Positions 1 to 10,058 of a stretch of 64,000 bases of DNA are shown here, in pieces. Source of the DNA: Eubacteriales bacterium (lineage in GTDB: Bacteria; Bacillota; Clostridia; Oscillospirales; QAKW01). A program made the translations under genes and the position numbers. Each line of letters opens with the position of its first letter. Position 1 is the first letter of the stretch. Under the pieces are notes generated by a model. The model was not told the origin of the DNA. It saw nothing but the letters and a program-made list of their open reading frames with translations, and searched no databases. The DNA lies in NCBI GenBank assembly GCA_045657265.1, contig JAZOSU010000015.1:7826-71825 (forward strand), read 5' to 3'.

Positions 1-71
1 CACTATATTAATTGATAGTAAAGGGTAAAATCCCTTTTCTATATATAAATATAGTAAGAAAGGAGAAAATC

Positions 72-488
72 ATGCCTACATTTAACCAGTTAGTACGTAA
101 AGGCAGAGCTACTTCAGAAAAGAAATCAACAGCTCCTGCACTTAACAGAGGTTTGAACACACTTAAAAACGTTCCCACCAAAGTAAGCTCACCACAGAAA
201 CGTGGCGTATGTACTTCAGTTAAGACAACTACACCTAAAAAACCTAACTCAGCTCTTAGAAAAATCGCCAGAGTTAGACTTACAAACGGTGTAGAAGTTA
301 CATCTTACATTCCTGGTGTTGGTCATAACCTGCAAGAGCATAGCGTTGTTCTTATTCGCGGCGGTAGAGTTAAAGACCTTCCTGGTGTTCGTTACCACAT
401 TATCCGTGGTACACTTGATGCACAAGGTGTAGCTAACAGAAACCAGTCTCGTTCGAAGTACGGTGCTAAAAAGCCCAAAAAGAGCTAA
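72..488 (+). CDS. rpsL: 30S ribosomal protein S12
   Basis: ORF 12..488. The conserved N-terminus [12 protein letters not shown] starts at ATG 72, with AGGAGA RBS at 61-66. KKPNSALRK motif present. Confidence 0.96.
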   Translation: MPTFNQLVRKGRATSEKKSTAPALNRGLNTLKNVPTKVSSPQKRGVCTSVKTTTPKKPNSALRKIARVRLTNGVEVTSYIPGVGHNLQEHSVVLIRGGRVKDLPGVRYHIIRGTLDAQGVANRNQSRSKYGAKKPKKS

Positions 489-612
489 TTAGAATTTAGC
501 TGAATTCTAAGCTTTAGAGTGTTAATATATATAACTTAACCTCTTAAAGCTGACGGAGATTTTAGAATCTTCGAGTACCAATGATATCATAAAATATGAA
601 GGAGGGAAGAAC

Positions 613-1083
613 ATGCCCAGAAGAGGTTTTGTCCCGAAAAGAGAAGTGCTCCCCGATCCTATGTACAATAGCATTGTTGTAACAAAGCTTATCAACAACA
701 TTATGTACGATGGTAAAAAGGGTGTTGCACAGAAAATTGTTTACGATGCATTTGAAATCGTAAAAGAAAAAACAGGTAAAGAAGCTCTCGACGCATTTAA
801 CGAAGCTATGGAAAACATTATGCCTAAACTTGAAGTTAAAGCTCGTAGAGTTGGTGGTGCCACATACCAGGTTCCTATGGAAGTTCGTGCTGACAGACGT
901 CAGACACTTGGTCTCAGATGGCTCACTGCATATTCAAGAACAAGAAACGAGCGCACAATGGCAGAACGCCTTGCAGCTGAAATTATGGATGCTATCAATA
1001 ATGTCGGCGGCGCTTGTAAGAAACGCGATGAAACACACAAAATGGCAGAAGCAAACAAAGCTTTCGCTCATTACAGATGGTAA
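613..1083 (+). CDS. rpsG: 30S ribosomal protein S7
   Basis: [20 protein letters not shown]... is a typical S7 sequence. GGAGGG RBS; str operon position after rpsL. Confidence 0.96.
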   Translation: MPRRGFVPKREVLPDPMYNSIVVTKLINNIMYDGKKGVAQKIVYDAFEIVKEKTGKEALDAFNEAMENIMPKLEVKARRVGGATYQVPMEVRADRRQTLGLRWLTAYSRTRNERTMAERLAAEIMDAINNVGGACKKRDETHKMAEANKAFAHYRW

Positions 1084-1106
1084 TTGCTGCTTAGAAAGGA
1101 GTTTAT

Positions 1107-3191
1107 ATGCCTAGAGAATATCCACTTAAGAAGTATAGAAACATAGGTATAATGGCTCATATCGATGCTGGTAAAACAACAACGACAGAGCGTATTCTTT
1201 TCTATACAGGTATAAATCACCGTATCGGTGAAACCCATGACGGTACCGCAACAATGGACTGGATGGAGCAGGAACAGGAACGTGGTATTACTATCACTTC
1301 TGCTGCTACAACAGCTCAGTGGGATGGTCACAGAATTAACATTATCGATACTCCCGGACACGTTGACTTCACAGTTGAAGTTGAACGTTCACTCAGAGTA
1401 CTTGATGGTTCTGTAACTGTACTTTGCGCAAAAGGCGGCGTTGAACCTCAGTCAGAAACTGTTTGGAGACAGGCTGATAAATATCAGGTTCCGCGTATGG
1501 CTTATGTAAATAAAATGGATATTATGGGTGCTGACTTTTTCAGAGTTGTTCAGATGATGAAAGACAGACTGAAAACAAATGCAGTGCCGATCCAGCTTCC
1601 TATCGGTAAAGAAGATACTTTCAAAGGTATCATTGACCTTATCGAAATGAAAGCATATATGTACATGGATGACCTTGGTAAAGATATCCAGGTTGTTGAT
1701 GTACCTGAAGATATGAAAGAACTTGCTGAAGAATACAGATTTAATCTTGTAGAGCACGTTGCTGAAACTTCAGAAGATCTTATGATGAAATACCTCGACG
1801 GTGAAGAACTCACAATAGAGGAAATCAGAGATGCTATCCGCGTATCTACTATTGCTAATACAATGGTTCCCGTATGCTGCGGTACATCTTATAAAAACAA
1901 AGGCGTTCAGCTTCTTCTTGACAATATCGTAAGATATATGCCTTCTCCTTTGGACGTACCTGCAATTAAAGGTACTGTTCCGAGAACAGAAGATGAAGAA
2001 GAAAGAAAATCAGACGATAACGAACCCTTTGCAGCTCTTGCATTTAAAATTATGACAGACCCATTCGTTGGTAAACTTTGCTTCTTCAGAGTTTATTCAG
2101 GTGTACTTAAAGCAGGTACAACAGTTTATAACTCAAACAAAGATTCAAACGAAAGAGTTGGCCGTATCGTTGCTATGCATGCTAACCACCGTAAAGATAT
2201 TACAGAGGTTTATGCAGGTGATATTGCCGCTGCAGTTGGTCTTAAAAATGTTACAACAGGTGACACTCTTTGTGATGAAAAGAAACCTATCATTCTTGAA
2301 TCAATGGAATTCCCGGAACCTGTTATCCGCGTAGCTATTGAGCCTAAATCAAAAGCTTCACAGGAAAAAATGGGTATCGCTCTTGCAAAACTTGCAGAAG
2401 AAGATCCTACATTCAAAACTTATACTGATGAGGAAACAGGCCAGACAATTATCGCTGGTATGGGTGAGCTTCACCTTGAAATTATCGTTGACAGACTTAC
2501 ACGTGAATTCAAAGTTGAAGCAAACGTAGGTAAACCTCAGGTATCTTATAAAGAAACCATCAGAAAGAATGCTGACGTTGATCATAAATATGCTCGTCAG
2601 TCAGGTGGTAAAGGTCAGTACGGTCACGTTAAAATCAGAGTTGAGCCTAATGAATCAGGTAAAGGCTATGAATTTGTTAACGCTATCGTTGGTGGTGCTA
2701 TTCCGAAGGAATATATCCCCGCTGTTGACGCAGGTATTCAGGGCGCAATGCAGTCTGGTGTACTTGCAGGTTACAACGTAGTTGACCTTAAAGTAACACT
2801 TTATGACGGTTCATATCATGAAGTTGACTCTTCTGAAATGGCATTCAAGATTGCCGGTTCAATGGCTATTAAAGAAGCTATCAGAAAAGCAGATCCTGTA
2901 CTTCTCGAGCCGCTTATGAAAGTTGTAGCAATCGTACCTGAAGAATACATGGGTGACGTTATGGGTGACCTTAACTCACGTCGTGGTCAGATTCAGGGTA
3001 TGGAAGCAAACAACGGTACACAGAACATCAACGCTCTCGTACCACTTGCTGAAATGTTCGGTTACGCAACAGACCTCCGTTCAAAAACACAGGGACGTGG
3101 TCAGTATTCAATGGAACCCGATTCATATCTTGAGGTTCCGAAGTCTATTGCTGAAAAAATCATTAGCAACCATCAGAAATCAGCAGAATAA
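1107..3191 (+). CDS. fusA: translation elongation factor G
   Basis: 694 aa. G1 motif [19 protein letters not shown] and DTPGHVDF; str operon order. Confidence 0.97.
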   Translation: MPREYPLKKYRNIGIMAHIDAGKTTTTERILFYTGINHRIGETHDGTATMDWMEQEQERGITITSAATTAQWDGHRINIIDTPGHVDFTVEVERSLRVLDGSVTVLCAKGGVEPQSETVWRQADKYQVPRMAYVNKMDIMGADFFRVVQMMKDRLKTNAVPIQLPIGKEDTFKGIIDLIEMKAYMYMDDLGKDIQVVDVPEDMKELAEEYRFNLVEHVAETSEDLMMKYLDGEELTIEEIRDAIRVSTIANTMVPVCCGTSYKNKGVQLLLDNIVRYMPSPLDVPAIKGTVPRTEDEEERKSDDNEPFAALAFKIMTDPFVGKLCFFRVYSGVLKAGTTVYNSNKDSNERVGRIVAMHANHRKDITEVYAGDIAAAVGLKNVTTGDTLCDEKKPIILESMEFPEPVIRVAIEPKSKASQEKMGIALAKLAEEDPTFKTYTDEETGQTIIAGMGELHLEIIVDRLTREFKVEANVGKPQVSYKETIRKNADVDHKYARQSGGKGQYGHVKIRVEPNESGKGYEFVNAIVGGAIPKEYIPAVDAGIQGAMQSGVLAGYNVVDLKVTLYDGSYHEVDSSEMAFKIAGSMAIKEAIRKADPVLLEPLMKVVAIVPEEYMGDVMGDLNSRRGQIQGMEANNGTQNINALVPLAEMFGYATDLRSKTQGRGQYSMEPDSYLEVPKSIAEKIISNHQKSAE

Positions 3192-3218
3192 TCTTTGATG
3201 ATTATTTTTAAAAAAGAC

Positions 3219-3247
3219 TTGAAAAATTCTTTATAATTTATTAAAAT
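3219..3247 (+). promoter_or_regulatory. candidate sigma-A promoter for tuf (TTGAAA-17-TAAAAT)
   Basis: -35 TTGAAA at 3219-3224, exact 17-nt spacer, -10 TAAAAT at 3242-3247, in the fusA-tuf spacer. Sequence match only. Confidence 0.4.
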
Positions 3248-3290
3248 AAACTTATATTAATTTATTTCCTAAAAAAGGGAGGACATTACA

Positions 3291-4490
3291 ATGGCAAAAG
3301 CTAAATTTGAAAGAAATAAACCACATGTTAACATTGGTACAATCGGCCACGTTGACCACGGTAAAACAACTCTTACAGCTGCTATCACAAAGGTGCTTTC
3401 AATGAAAGGTCAGGCTGAATATTCAGAATACGGCAACATCGATAAAGCTCCTGAAGAAAGAGAAAGAGGTATTACAATCAACACTGCTCACGTTGAGTAC
3501 GAGACAGATACACGTCACTACGCTCACGTTGACTGCCCCGGACATGCTGACTACGTTAAAAACATGATCACCGGTGCTGCTCAGATGGACGGTGCTATCC
3601 TCGTTGTTTCTGCTGCTGACGGTGTTATGCCCCAGACAAGAGAACACATCCTTCTTTCACGTCAGGTTGGCGTTCCGAAGATCGTTGTTTTCATGAACAA
3701 ATGTGATCAGGTTGACGACGAAGAACTTCTCGAACTCGTAGAAATGGAAATCAGAGAACTCCTTAACGAGTATGAATTCCCGGGTGATGATACACCTATC
3801 GTTAAAGGTTCAGGTCTTGCTGTTCTTGAATCAACTTCATCAGACATCAACGCTGCTGAATATGCTCCTATCGTTGAACTTATGAGCGCAGTTGACGAAT
3901 ATATTCCTACACCTGCAAGAAATGCTGATCAGGACTTCCTTATGCCTGTAGAAGACGTATTCACAATCACAGGTCGTGGTACTGTTGCTACTGGTAGAGT
4001 AGAACGTGGTCAGATCAAACTCAACGAAGAAGTTGAAATCGTTGGTATTAAAGAAACAAAGAAAACAGTTGCTACAGGTCTTGAAATGTTCAGAAAACTT
4101 CTCGACTTTGCAGAAGCTGGTGATAACGTTGGTGTACTCCTTCGTGGTGTTACAAGACAGGATATCGTAAGAGGTCAGGTTCTTGCTAAACCCGGTACAA
4201 TCAACCCCCATACAAAATTCCAGGGTCAGGTTTACGTTCTTACTAAAGAAGAAGGTGGACGTCATAGCCCATTCTTCACAAACTACAGACCTCAGTTCTA
4301 CTTCAGAACAACAGACGTTACAGGTATCGTTAACCTTCCCGAAGGTACAGACATGTGCAAACCTGGTGACAACGTTATGATGGATGTTGAACTTATCACA
4401 CCTATCGCTATCGAAGTAGGCCTCCGTTTTGCTATCCGTGAAGGTGGTAGAACAGTTGGTTCAGGTATGGTTACTGCTATCAACGAGTAA
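3291..4490 (+). CDS. tuf: translation elongation factor Tu
   Basis: 399 aa. [27 protein letters not shown] motifs; GGGAGG RBS. Confidence 0.98.
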   Translation: MAKAKFERNKPHVNIGTIGHVDHGKTTLTAAITKVLSMKGQAEYSEYGNIDKAPEERERGITINTAHVEYETDTRHYAHVDCPGHADYVKNMITGAAQMDGAILVVSAADGVMPQTREHILLSRQVGVPKIVVFMNKCDQVDDEELLELVEMEIRELLNEYEFPGDDTPIVKGSGLAVLESTSSDINAAEYAPIVELMSAVDEYIPTPARNADQDFLMPVEDVFTITGRGTVATGRVERGQIKLNEEVEIVGIKETKKTVATGLEMFRKLLDFAEAGDNVGVLLRGVTRQDIVRGQVLAKPGTINPHTKFQGQVYVLTKEEGGRHSPFFTNYRPQFYFRTTDVTGIVNLPEGTDMCKPGDNVMMDVELITPIAIEVGLRFAIREGGRTVGSGMVTAINE

Positions 4491-4506
4491 TTTTAAAAAA
4501 TGAATA

Positions 4507-4672
4507 TATCTTTTCGGGGCGAGGCGAGATTCCTCACCGGTGGTATAGTCCACGAGCTTGAATGCATGATCGGGTGTAATTCCCGAACCGACGGTATAGT
4601 CCGGATGATAGAAAAGATTTGAATATTGTTTTTTGGTGCCCCTGCATTTTTTGTAGGGGCATTATTTTTTTT
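4507..4672 (+). promoter_or_regulatory. FMN riboswitch (RFN element) with intrinsic terminator
   Basis: Conserved RFN core read directly: TCTTTTCGGGGCGAGG..GAGATTCCTCACCGGTGGTATAGTCCACGAGC...GGGTGTAATTCCCGAACCGACGGTATAGTCCGGATGATAGAAAAGA. P1 pairs TCTTTTC with GAAAAGA. A 9-bp hairpin (4637-4661) and T-run follow. The downstream gene is a riboflavin-transporter-like S component. Confidence 0.9.
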
Positions 4673-4684
4673 GGAGCTGAAATT

Positions 4685-5221
4685 ATGAAAACAAAAACCT
4701 TAAAAAAATTGACTACAGCCGCAATGCTTACTGCACTTTCAGTTATTCTTGGTGTATTTGCATTTCCTATTTTTCCAAATGTCGCATTTCTGGAATATGA
4801 TATATGTGATGTAATTGTTCTTATTGTATCTTTTGCATTTGGACCTGTTTATGGAATTTTATCTTCCGTTACAGTTGCTGTGTTTCAGGCATTTATGCTT
4901 GATAAAAGCGGAATTTTCGGCTTTTTAATGAATATTATATCTACAGTTTCATTTGTGTTACCTGCAGCACTTGTTTATTTAAAAAATAAAACTAAAAAAG
5001 GCGCAGCTTTCGCTCTTTCTTGCGGAGTTGTAGTTATGACAATAATTATGATATTGTTTAATTACCTTGTCACTCCACATTTTATGGGCGTTCCTGTAAG
5101 CGTTGTTCATTCTCTTATGCCATATATAGCAGGATTTAATGTTGTAAAAGCAGTTGCTAATTCAATTATTACTTTTTTTGTGTATAAACATATCGGTAAA
5201 ATAATAAAGAAATTTAATTGA
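4685..5221 (+). CDS. ribU: ECF-transporter S component, riboflavin transporter-like
   Basis: 178 aa from ATG 4685; the track ORF start at 4619 lies inside the riboswitch terminator. Multi-TM protein directly controlled by the FMN riboswitch. The substrate is inferred from that linkage. Confidence 0.7.
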   Translation: MKTKTLKKLTTAAMLTALSVILGVFAFPIFPNVAFLEYDICDVIVLIVSFAFGPVYGILSSVTVAVFQAFMLDKSGIFGFLMNIISTVSFVLPAALVYLKNKTKKGAAFALSCGVVVMTIIMILFNYLVTPHFMGVPVSVVHSLMPYIAGFNVVKAVANSIITFFVYKHIGKIIKKFN

Positions 5222-5273
5222 ATTTGTTTTTAAAAAGTGATATACTTATAATATTAAATTTAAGGAGTATGTA

Positions 5274-5768
5274 ATGCAATTATTTGATTTTTTACAAAAT
5301 ATATCCGCAGAATTTTATGTTTTTTTTGTCTCAATGTTTCCAATAGTTGAACTCAGAGGCGCTATTCCTCTTGGCGCGGCTATGGATCTTAATATTTTTG
5401 AATGTTATTTTCTGAGTGTCTTAGGAAATCTTTTGCCAATTCCATTTATTCTTATTTTCATTAAGAAAATACTTGAATGGATGTCTGTTTCAAAAATAAA
5501 AATTTTTAATAAAATTTCTAATTGGATTATTAACAAAGCAGAAAAACGTAGTTCTAAAGTAGATAAATATTCTATGTGGGGACTTTTTGCTTTTGTTGCG
5601 ATACCTCTTCCCGGCACAGGCGGTTGGACAGGAGCTTTAATAGCTTCACTTATGGGTATGCGCTTTAAAAAATCTTTTGTTGCGGTTGCTTTAGGTATTT
5701 TTGTTGCCGGAATCATTATGACACTTGCGAGCTATGGAGTAGTGTCTATTTTTAAGATTTTTGCTTGA
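5274..5768 (+). CDS. small multidrug-export-like membrane protein (COG2426 type)
   Basis: 164 aa, 4-5 TM. N-terminal FPIVELRGAIPLG signature of this family; AAGGAG RBS. Confidence 0.6.
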   Translation: MQLFDFLQNISAEFYVFFVSMFPIVELRGAIPLGAAMDLNIFECYFLSVLGNLLPIPFILIFIKKILEWMSVSKIKIFNKISNWIINKAEKRSSKVDKYSMWGLFAFVAIPLPGTGGWTGALIASLMGMRFKKSFVAVALGIFVAGIIMTLASYGVVSIFKIFA

Positions 5769-5793
5769 CATATGTCAATTGATGTTGTATAAT
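5765..5793 (+). promoter_or_regulatory. consensus sigma-A promoter (TTGACA-17-TATAAT) for the SAM riboswitch and metK
   Basis: -35 TTGACA at 5765-5770 overlaps the stop codon of the upstream gene. Exact 17-nt spacer; -10 TATAAT at 5788-5793. Confidence 0.65.
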
Positions 5794-5816
5794 ATCATAG
5801 CTTAATAGAATATAAC

Positions 5817-5934
5817 TTTTATCAAGAGCGGCGGAGGGACAGGCCCTGTGAAGCCCGACAACCTGCATTATGTAAGGTGTTAATTCCTGATAGATAAAAT
5901 TTTGTCCGCTCTTACTGTGTAAGAGCGGTTTTTT
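5817..5934 (+). promoter_or_regulatory. SAM-I (S-box) riboswitch with intrinsic terminator
   Basis: TTATCAAGAGCGGCGGAGGGACAGGCCCTGTGAAGCCCGACAACC...GGTGTTAATTCCTGATAGATAA matches the S-box core. P1 pairs TTTTATC with GATAAAA. Terminator: CCGCTCTTAC/GTAAGAGCGG (5906-5928) plus T6. AAGAGCGG occurs both in the aptamer (5825-5832) and in the 3' terminator arm, giving the antiterminator alternative. Located upstream of metK. Confidence 0.92.
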
Positions 5935-5950
5935 ATGGAAAGGAAACGTT

Positions 5951-7108
5951 ATGATTAATAAATACTATTTTACATCTGAATCAGTTACAGAAGGACATCC
6001 TGATAAAATATGTGATAGAATTTCAGACTCAATTCTTGATGAAATTTTATCTCAGGATAAAAACGCAAGAGTAGCTTGTGAGACTACGGTAACTACAGGC
6101 TGCGTTCATATTATGGGTGAAATAACAACTACTGCAAACGTTGATTATGCTTTGGTTGCAAGAAACGCTATAAATGAAATCGGATATAATAATCCCGAAT
6201 ATGGTTTTGACGGCAATTCTTGTTCAGTGCTCGTTTCAGTTGATAAACAGTCTCCTGATATTGCTATGGGTGTTGATAGAGATAACGATATCGGCGCAGG
6301 TGATCAGGGTATGATGTTCGGTTATGCATGTAATGAAACAAAAGAACTTATGCCGCTTACTGCTTCACTTTCACATAAACTTGCTAAAAAACTTACAGAA
6401 GTTCGCAAAACAGGTGTTCTTCCATATCTTCGTCCTGACGGCAAAACTCAGGTTACTGCAGAATATGAAGACGGAAAAATTAAAAGATTAGACGCTGTTG
6501 TAGTTTCAACTCAGCATAGCGAAGATGTTTCTTTGGAACAAATCAGACAAGATATAAAAAAATTCGTAATAGATTCAACTGTTCCGTCAGATTTGTTGGA
6601 TGAAAATACTAAAATTTACGTTAACCCTACAGGCAGATTTGTAATCGGTGGACCTGTTGGTGACAGCGGACTTACAGGAAGAAAAATTATTGTAGATACA
6701 TATGGCGGTGTTGGTAGACACGGCGGCGGTGCTTTTTCAGGTAAAGACCCGACAAAAGTTGACAGAAGCGCTGCATATGCCGCAAGATATGTAGCTAAAA
6801 ATATTGTTGCCGCAGGACTTGCTGACAGATGTGAAGTTCAACTTGCTTATGCTATAGGCGTTGCGTATCCTGTATCGGTTTTTGTTGAAACATTCGGAAC
6901 AGAAAAGAAACCTATGGACGTTATTTACTCTGTTGTAGATAAATTTTTTGATCTTCGTCCTCAGGCGATTATAGAAAAATTTGATTTACGTCGTCCTATC
7001 TATCGTGAACTTTCAAGCTACGGTCATATGGGTAGGGAAGAACTTAACTGTCCTTGGGAGGATTTGTCATTGGTTTCCCAAATAAAAGAATTTGTAGAGG
7101 CAAAGTAA
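5951..7108 (+). CDS. metK: S-adenosylmethionine synthetase
   Basis: 385 aa. [40 protein letters not shown] motifs. Confidence 0.97.
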   Translation: MINKYYFTSESVTEGHPDKICDRISDSILDEILSQDKNARVACETTVTTGCVHIMGEITTTANVDYALVARNAINEIGYNNPEYGFDGNSCSVLVSVDKQSPDIAMGVDRDNDIGAGDQGMMFGYACNETKELMPLTASLSHKLAKKLTEVRKTGVLPYLRPDGKTQVTAEYEDGKIKRLDAVVVSTQHSEDVSLEQIRQDIKKFVIDSTVPSDLLDENTKIYVNPTGRFVIGGPVGDSGLTGRKIIVDTYGGVGRHGGGAFSGKDPTKVDRSAAYAARYVAKNIVAAGLADRCEVQLAYAIGVAYPVSVFVETFGTEKKPMDVIYSVVDKFFDLRPQAIIEKFDLRRPIYRELSSYGHMGREELNCPWEDLSLVSQIKEFVEAK

Positions 7109-7109
7109 T

Positions 7110-7415
7110 ATGATAAGACACGTATGTATGTTTAAATTCAAAGAAGAAGCAGAAGGTAGAACAAAAGCTGAAAACGTTGCAATAACAAAATCTATGCTTG
7201 ACAAACTGCCTGAAACAATCAGTTATATTATTAATTCTGAAACTTTTGTCGGAGATGACAATCAAGCTTTAGATAACTATGACCTGATTTTAATTTCTGA
7301 CTTTGAAAACTTTGAAACGTTGGAAAAATATAAAGTTCATCCCGATCACGTTGCAGTAGGCGAATTTATGCGTCCTGTACGTATTTCGAGAACTTGTATT
7401 GACTATCAAATCTGA
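7110..7415 (+). CDS. Dabb (stress-responsive A/B barrel) family protein
   Basis: 101 aa. IRHVCMFKFKEE... and HPDHVAV pattern typical of the Dabb domain. Starts 1 nt after the metK stop. Confidence 0.7.
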   Translation: MIRHVCMFKFKEEAEGRTKAENVAITKSMLDKLPETISYIINSETFVGDDNQALDNYDLILISDFENFETLEKYKVHPDHVAVGEFMRPVRISRTCIDYQI

Positions 7416-7422
7416 TTCACTT

Positions 7423-7463
7423 AAAAAATCACCTTTGCATAAGATATTGCGAGGTGATTTTTT
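7423..7463. terminator. intrinsic terminator hairpin, A-run/T-run symmetric
   Basis: 12-bp stem AAAAAATCACCT/AGGTGATTTTTT (7423-7434 / 7452-7463). The 3' arm contains GAGGTGA, which is also the SD for ATG 7464. Confidence 0.6.
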
Positions 7464-7781
7464 ATGTTAAAATCTATTTTGTTGATTTTAATGTCATTTT
7501 TTGCAGTGGTTGGCTTTTTAGAGTGTCTTATAGTGATGCTTGAAACTATTTCTTCCTGTAAATATAAAGAAATTTCTGATATTTGTTTGAAGGTGGAATT
7601 GAAAGGCAGTATCGAAAACGTAAAATTTTTACTTGATACACTGACTCTTCAGGCAGAACGGATAAGTTATAATTCCAATCCTACAAGAGTTGTTATTAAA
7701 AATGCCGGTCTTGATGAAAATACATATGCTCAGATATATACTTTTTGTTTGGAAAATGATAATATTACTATAGAAAATTAA
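7464..7781 (+). CDS. hypothetical small membrane-anchored protein
   Basis: 105 aa. One N-terminal TM helix (ILLILMSFFAVVGFLECLIVML). SD GAGGTGA lies 6 nt upstream. I recognise no family. Confidence 0.5.
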   Translation: MLKSILLILMSFFAVVGFLECLIVMLETISSCKYKEISDICLKVELKGSIENVKFLLDTLTLQAERISYNSNPTRVVIKNAGLDENTYAQIYTFCLENDNITIEN

Positions 7782-7800
7782 TTTGATTTGTGATACAATG

Positions 7801-7837
7801 TTTCCGTAGATTTTACTCTGCGGAAATTTTTGTTTTT
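7801..7837 (+). terminator. intrinsic terminator
   Basis: 10-bp stem TTTCCGTAGA/TCTGCGGAAA (one G-U pair) followed by TTTTTGTTTTT. It ends just before the recD2 RBS GGAGG. Confidence 0.65.
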
Positions 7838-7847
7838 GGAGGCGCTG

Positions 7848-10058
7848 ATGTCGGAATTTGAAGATGATGTAATAGACGGAATAATTGAAGAAGTTATCTT
7901 TGAAAATGATGATACAGGTTATAGAGTCTTTACTGTAAACAGTGACGGAATTCTTAATACTCTTGTGGCTACCTGTCCGCCTCTTTATGCAGGGGAATCG
8001 ATAACAGCTTCGGGTGAATGGAAACAGCATTCGGCATATGGAAGACAGTTTGTATGTTCTGATATCGAAAAAAGCTTTCCTTACGAACTTTCGGGTATGC
8101 TTAAATTTCTTGCAAGCGGTGCAGTTAAAGGTATTGGCCCCGCAACTGCTAAAAAAATCATAGATTTATTTAAAGAAGATAGCTTTTATATAATTGAAAC
8201 AGAACCTGACAGACTAACTGCTATAAAAGGTATTTCTATCGAAAAAGCCCGTCAGATGTCTGATTCGTTTAAAACTACACTCGGTATACGAGATATTATG
8301 ATGCAACTTAATCAATATAATATTTCTCCTGCCGTAGCGGTTAATATTTATAAAAAATTCGGCGCATTTTCCCTTGATATAATAAACCAGAACCCATATA
8401 AACTGTGGGAAGAAATTGAAGATTTTACTTTTCAGGCGGCTGATAGAATTGCTCTTGAAAATGGTTTTGAACAAACGTGCGAAATCAGACTTACTTACTT
8501 TATTAAATATATTCTTGTACATAACTTAACAAACGGTCATTCGTTTCTTCCTTTTGAAAAACTTTGCGAAATAGCATCTGCAAACGTAGGTGTTAGCGCA
8601 GATGAAGCGGAAAACTGTGTTTTGTCAATGCTCTCTTCTGCTCAACTGTTTGAGATGAATGTAAATAATGTAAAAGCAGTATATCTTCCTGCGCTGTTTA
8701 TTGCGGAAAACTTTTGCGCTAAAAAACTTTATGAGATTTGTAATTCTCCTAAAAATTCAATATCAAACTTGGATAAACATATAGATTTATTGGAAAACAG
8801 ATTAAATATAACCTATGCCGAAAACCAACGTTCTGCTATACGTATGTCGGTTGAAAATAAAATGCTTGTTATTACAGGCGGACCGGGTACAGGTAAAACT
8901 ACAACTCTCAACGGCATAATCAGACTTTTTGAAAATCTTGGATTCGGTATAACTCTTTGCGCACCCACAGGAAGAGCGGCAAAACGTATGTCTGAGGTTT
9001 GCGACAGGGAAGCTAAAACTATTCACAGACTTCTTGAAGTTGATGCAACACGCGATAATATGTTTGTCAAAAATGAATCTAACCCCATAAAAACAGACGT
9101 TATTATTGTAGATGAAATGTCGATGGTAGATATCCGTTTGTTTGAAGCACTTCTTAGAGCAACCCCTTCAACTACAAGATTTATTATGGTAGGGGATGCC
9201 GATCAGCTTCCGAGCGTCGGCGCGGGTAATGTATTTTCTGATATTATTCGTTCTAAAAAAATACCGACAGTATTTCTTAATGAAGTATTCAGACAAGCTA
9301 CGGAAAGTAAAATAATTACTAACGCCCATTGTATAAACAAAGGACAGATACCTGACCTTGTCAATTCAGAAGAATTTTTCTTTATTAAAAAATCATCACC
9401 TGAAGCGGTGGTGGAAGCAGTATGTACTCTTGCATCCGAGAGAATACCTCAAAAATACCGTAAATCTGTTCTTTCGGGTTTGCAGATAATTACTCCTACC
9501 AAAAAGACTCCCACAGGTACGCAAAATATTAATAGTGTTTTAAGGGATATTGTGAACCCATCTAAAGATGGGACTTCAGAAGTAACAGTGAAAAACAGAA
9601 GTTATCGCGTTGGTGATAAGGTGATGCAGATAAAAAACAATTATGATATTATTTGCAGACGCAGTAACGGTAGTTATGAAACAGGGGTATTTAACGGCGA
9701 TATAGGTATTATTGATAAAATTGATTCAAGAGAAAAACAGATTTATGTTTTGTTTGATGACAAAACTGCGATTTATGAATTTTCTGATGCAGACCAACTT
9801 GAAAGTGCTTATGCAATTACGGTACATAAAAGTCAGGGTTCTGAATTTGATGCTGTAATACTTGTAATATCTGATATGACTCCTCTTTTGCAATACAGGA
9901 ACTTGCTGTATACTGCGGTTACAAGAGCAAAGCAATTGCTTATTGTTGTAGGTAATGAACAGGTTGTAAATCAGATGGTAAACAATAATAAAAGAACCAA
10001 CAGATATTCGGGTCTTAAATATATGCTTACAGGCCATTTTGATATGGAGGATAAATAA
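7848..10058 (+). CDS. recD2: ATP-dependent RecD-like DNA helicase (RecD2)
   Basis: 736 aa from ATG 7848, with GGAGG 6 nt upstream. Walker A GGPGTGKTT, Walker B VDEMSMVD, C-terminal TVHKSQGSEF. Confidence 0.9.
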   Translation: MSEFEDDVIDGIIEEVIFENDDTGYRVFTVNSDGILNTLVATCPPLYAGESITASGEWKQHSAYGRQFVCSDIEKSFPYELSGMLKFLASGAVKGIGPATAKKIIDLFKEDSFYIIETEPDRLTAIKGISIEKARQMSDSFKTTLGIRDIMMQLNQYNISPAVAVNIYKKFGAFSLDIINQNPYKLWEEIEDFTFQAADRIALENGFEQTCEIRLTYFIKYILVHNLTNGHSFLPFEKLCEIASANVGVSADEAENCVLSMLSSAQLFEMNVNNVKAVYLPALFIAENFCAKKLYEICNSPKNSISNLDKHIDLLENRLNITYAENQRSAIRMSVENKMLVITGGPGTGKTTTLNGIIRLFENLGFGITLCAPTGRAAKRMSEVCDREAKTIHRLLEVDATRDNMFVKNESNPIKTDVIIVDEMSMVDIRLFEALLRATPSTTRFIMVGDADQLPSVGAGNVFSDIIRSKKIPTVFLNEVFRQATESKIITNAHCINKGQIPDLVNSEEFFFIKKSSPEAVVEAVCTLASERIPQKYRKSVLSGLQIITPTKKTPTGTQNINSVLRDIVNPSKDGTSEVTVKNRSYRVGDKVMQIKNNYDIICRRSNGSYETGVFNGDIGIIDKIDSREKQIYVLFDDKTAIYEFSDADQLESAYAITVHKSQGSEFDAVILVISDMTPLLQYRNLLYTAVTRAKQLLIVVGNEQVVNQMVNNNKRTNRYSGLKYMLTGHFDMEDK

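Noticed and set aside
12-71. N-terminal extensions implied by the longest-ORF coordinates (for example 12-71 rpsL, 4619-4684 ribU, 30339-30461, 44199-44249, 48701-48808, 58031-58060)
   Set aside because: In each case an internal ATG or GTG with a proper SD reproduces the conserved N-terminus of the family. The extension also overlaps a terminator, a riboswitch or the neighbouring gene.
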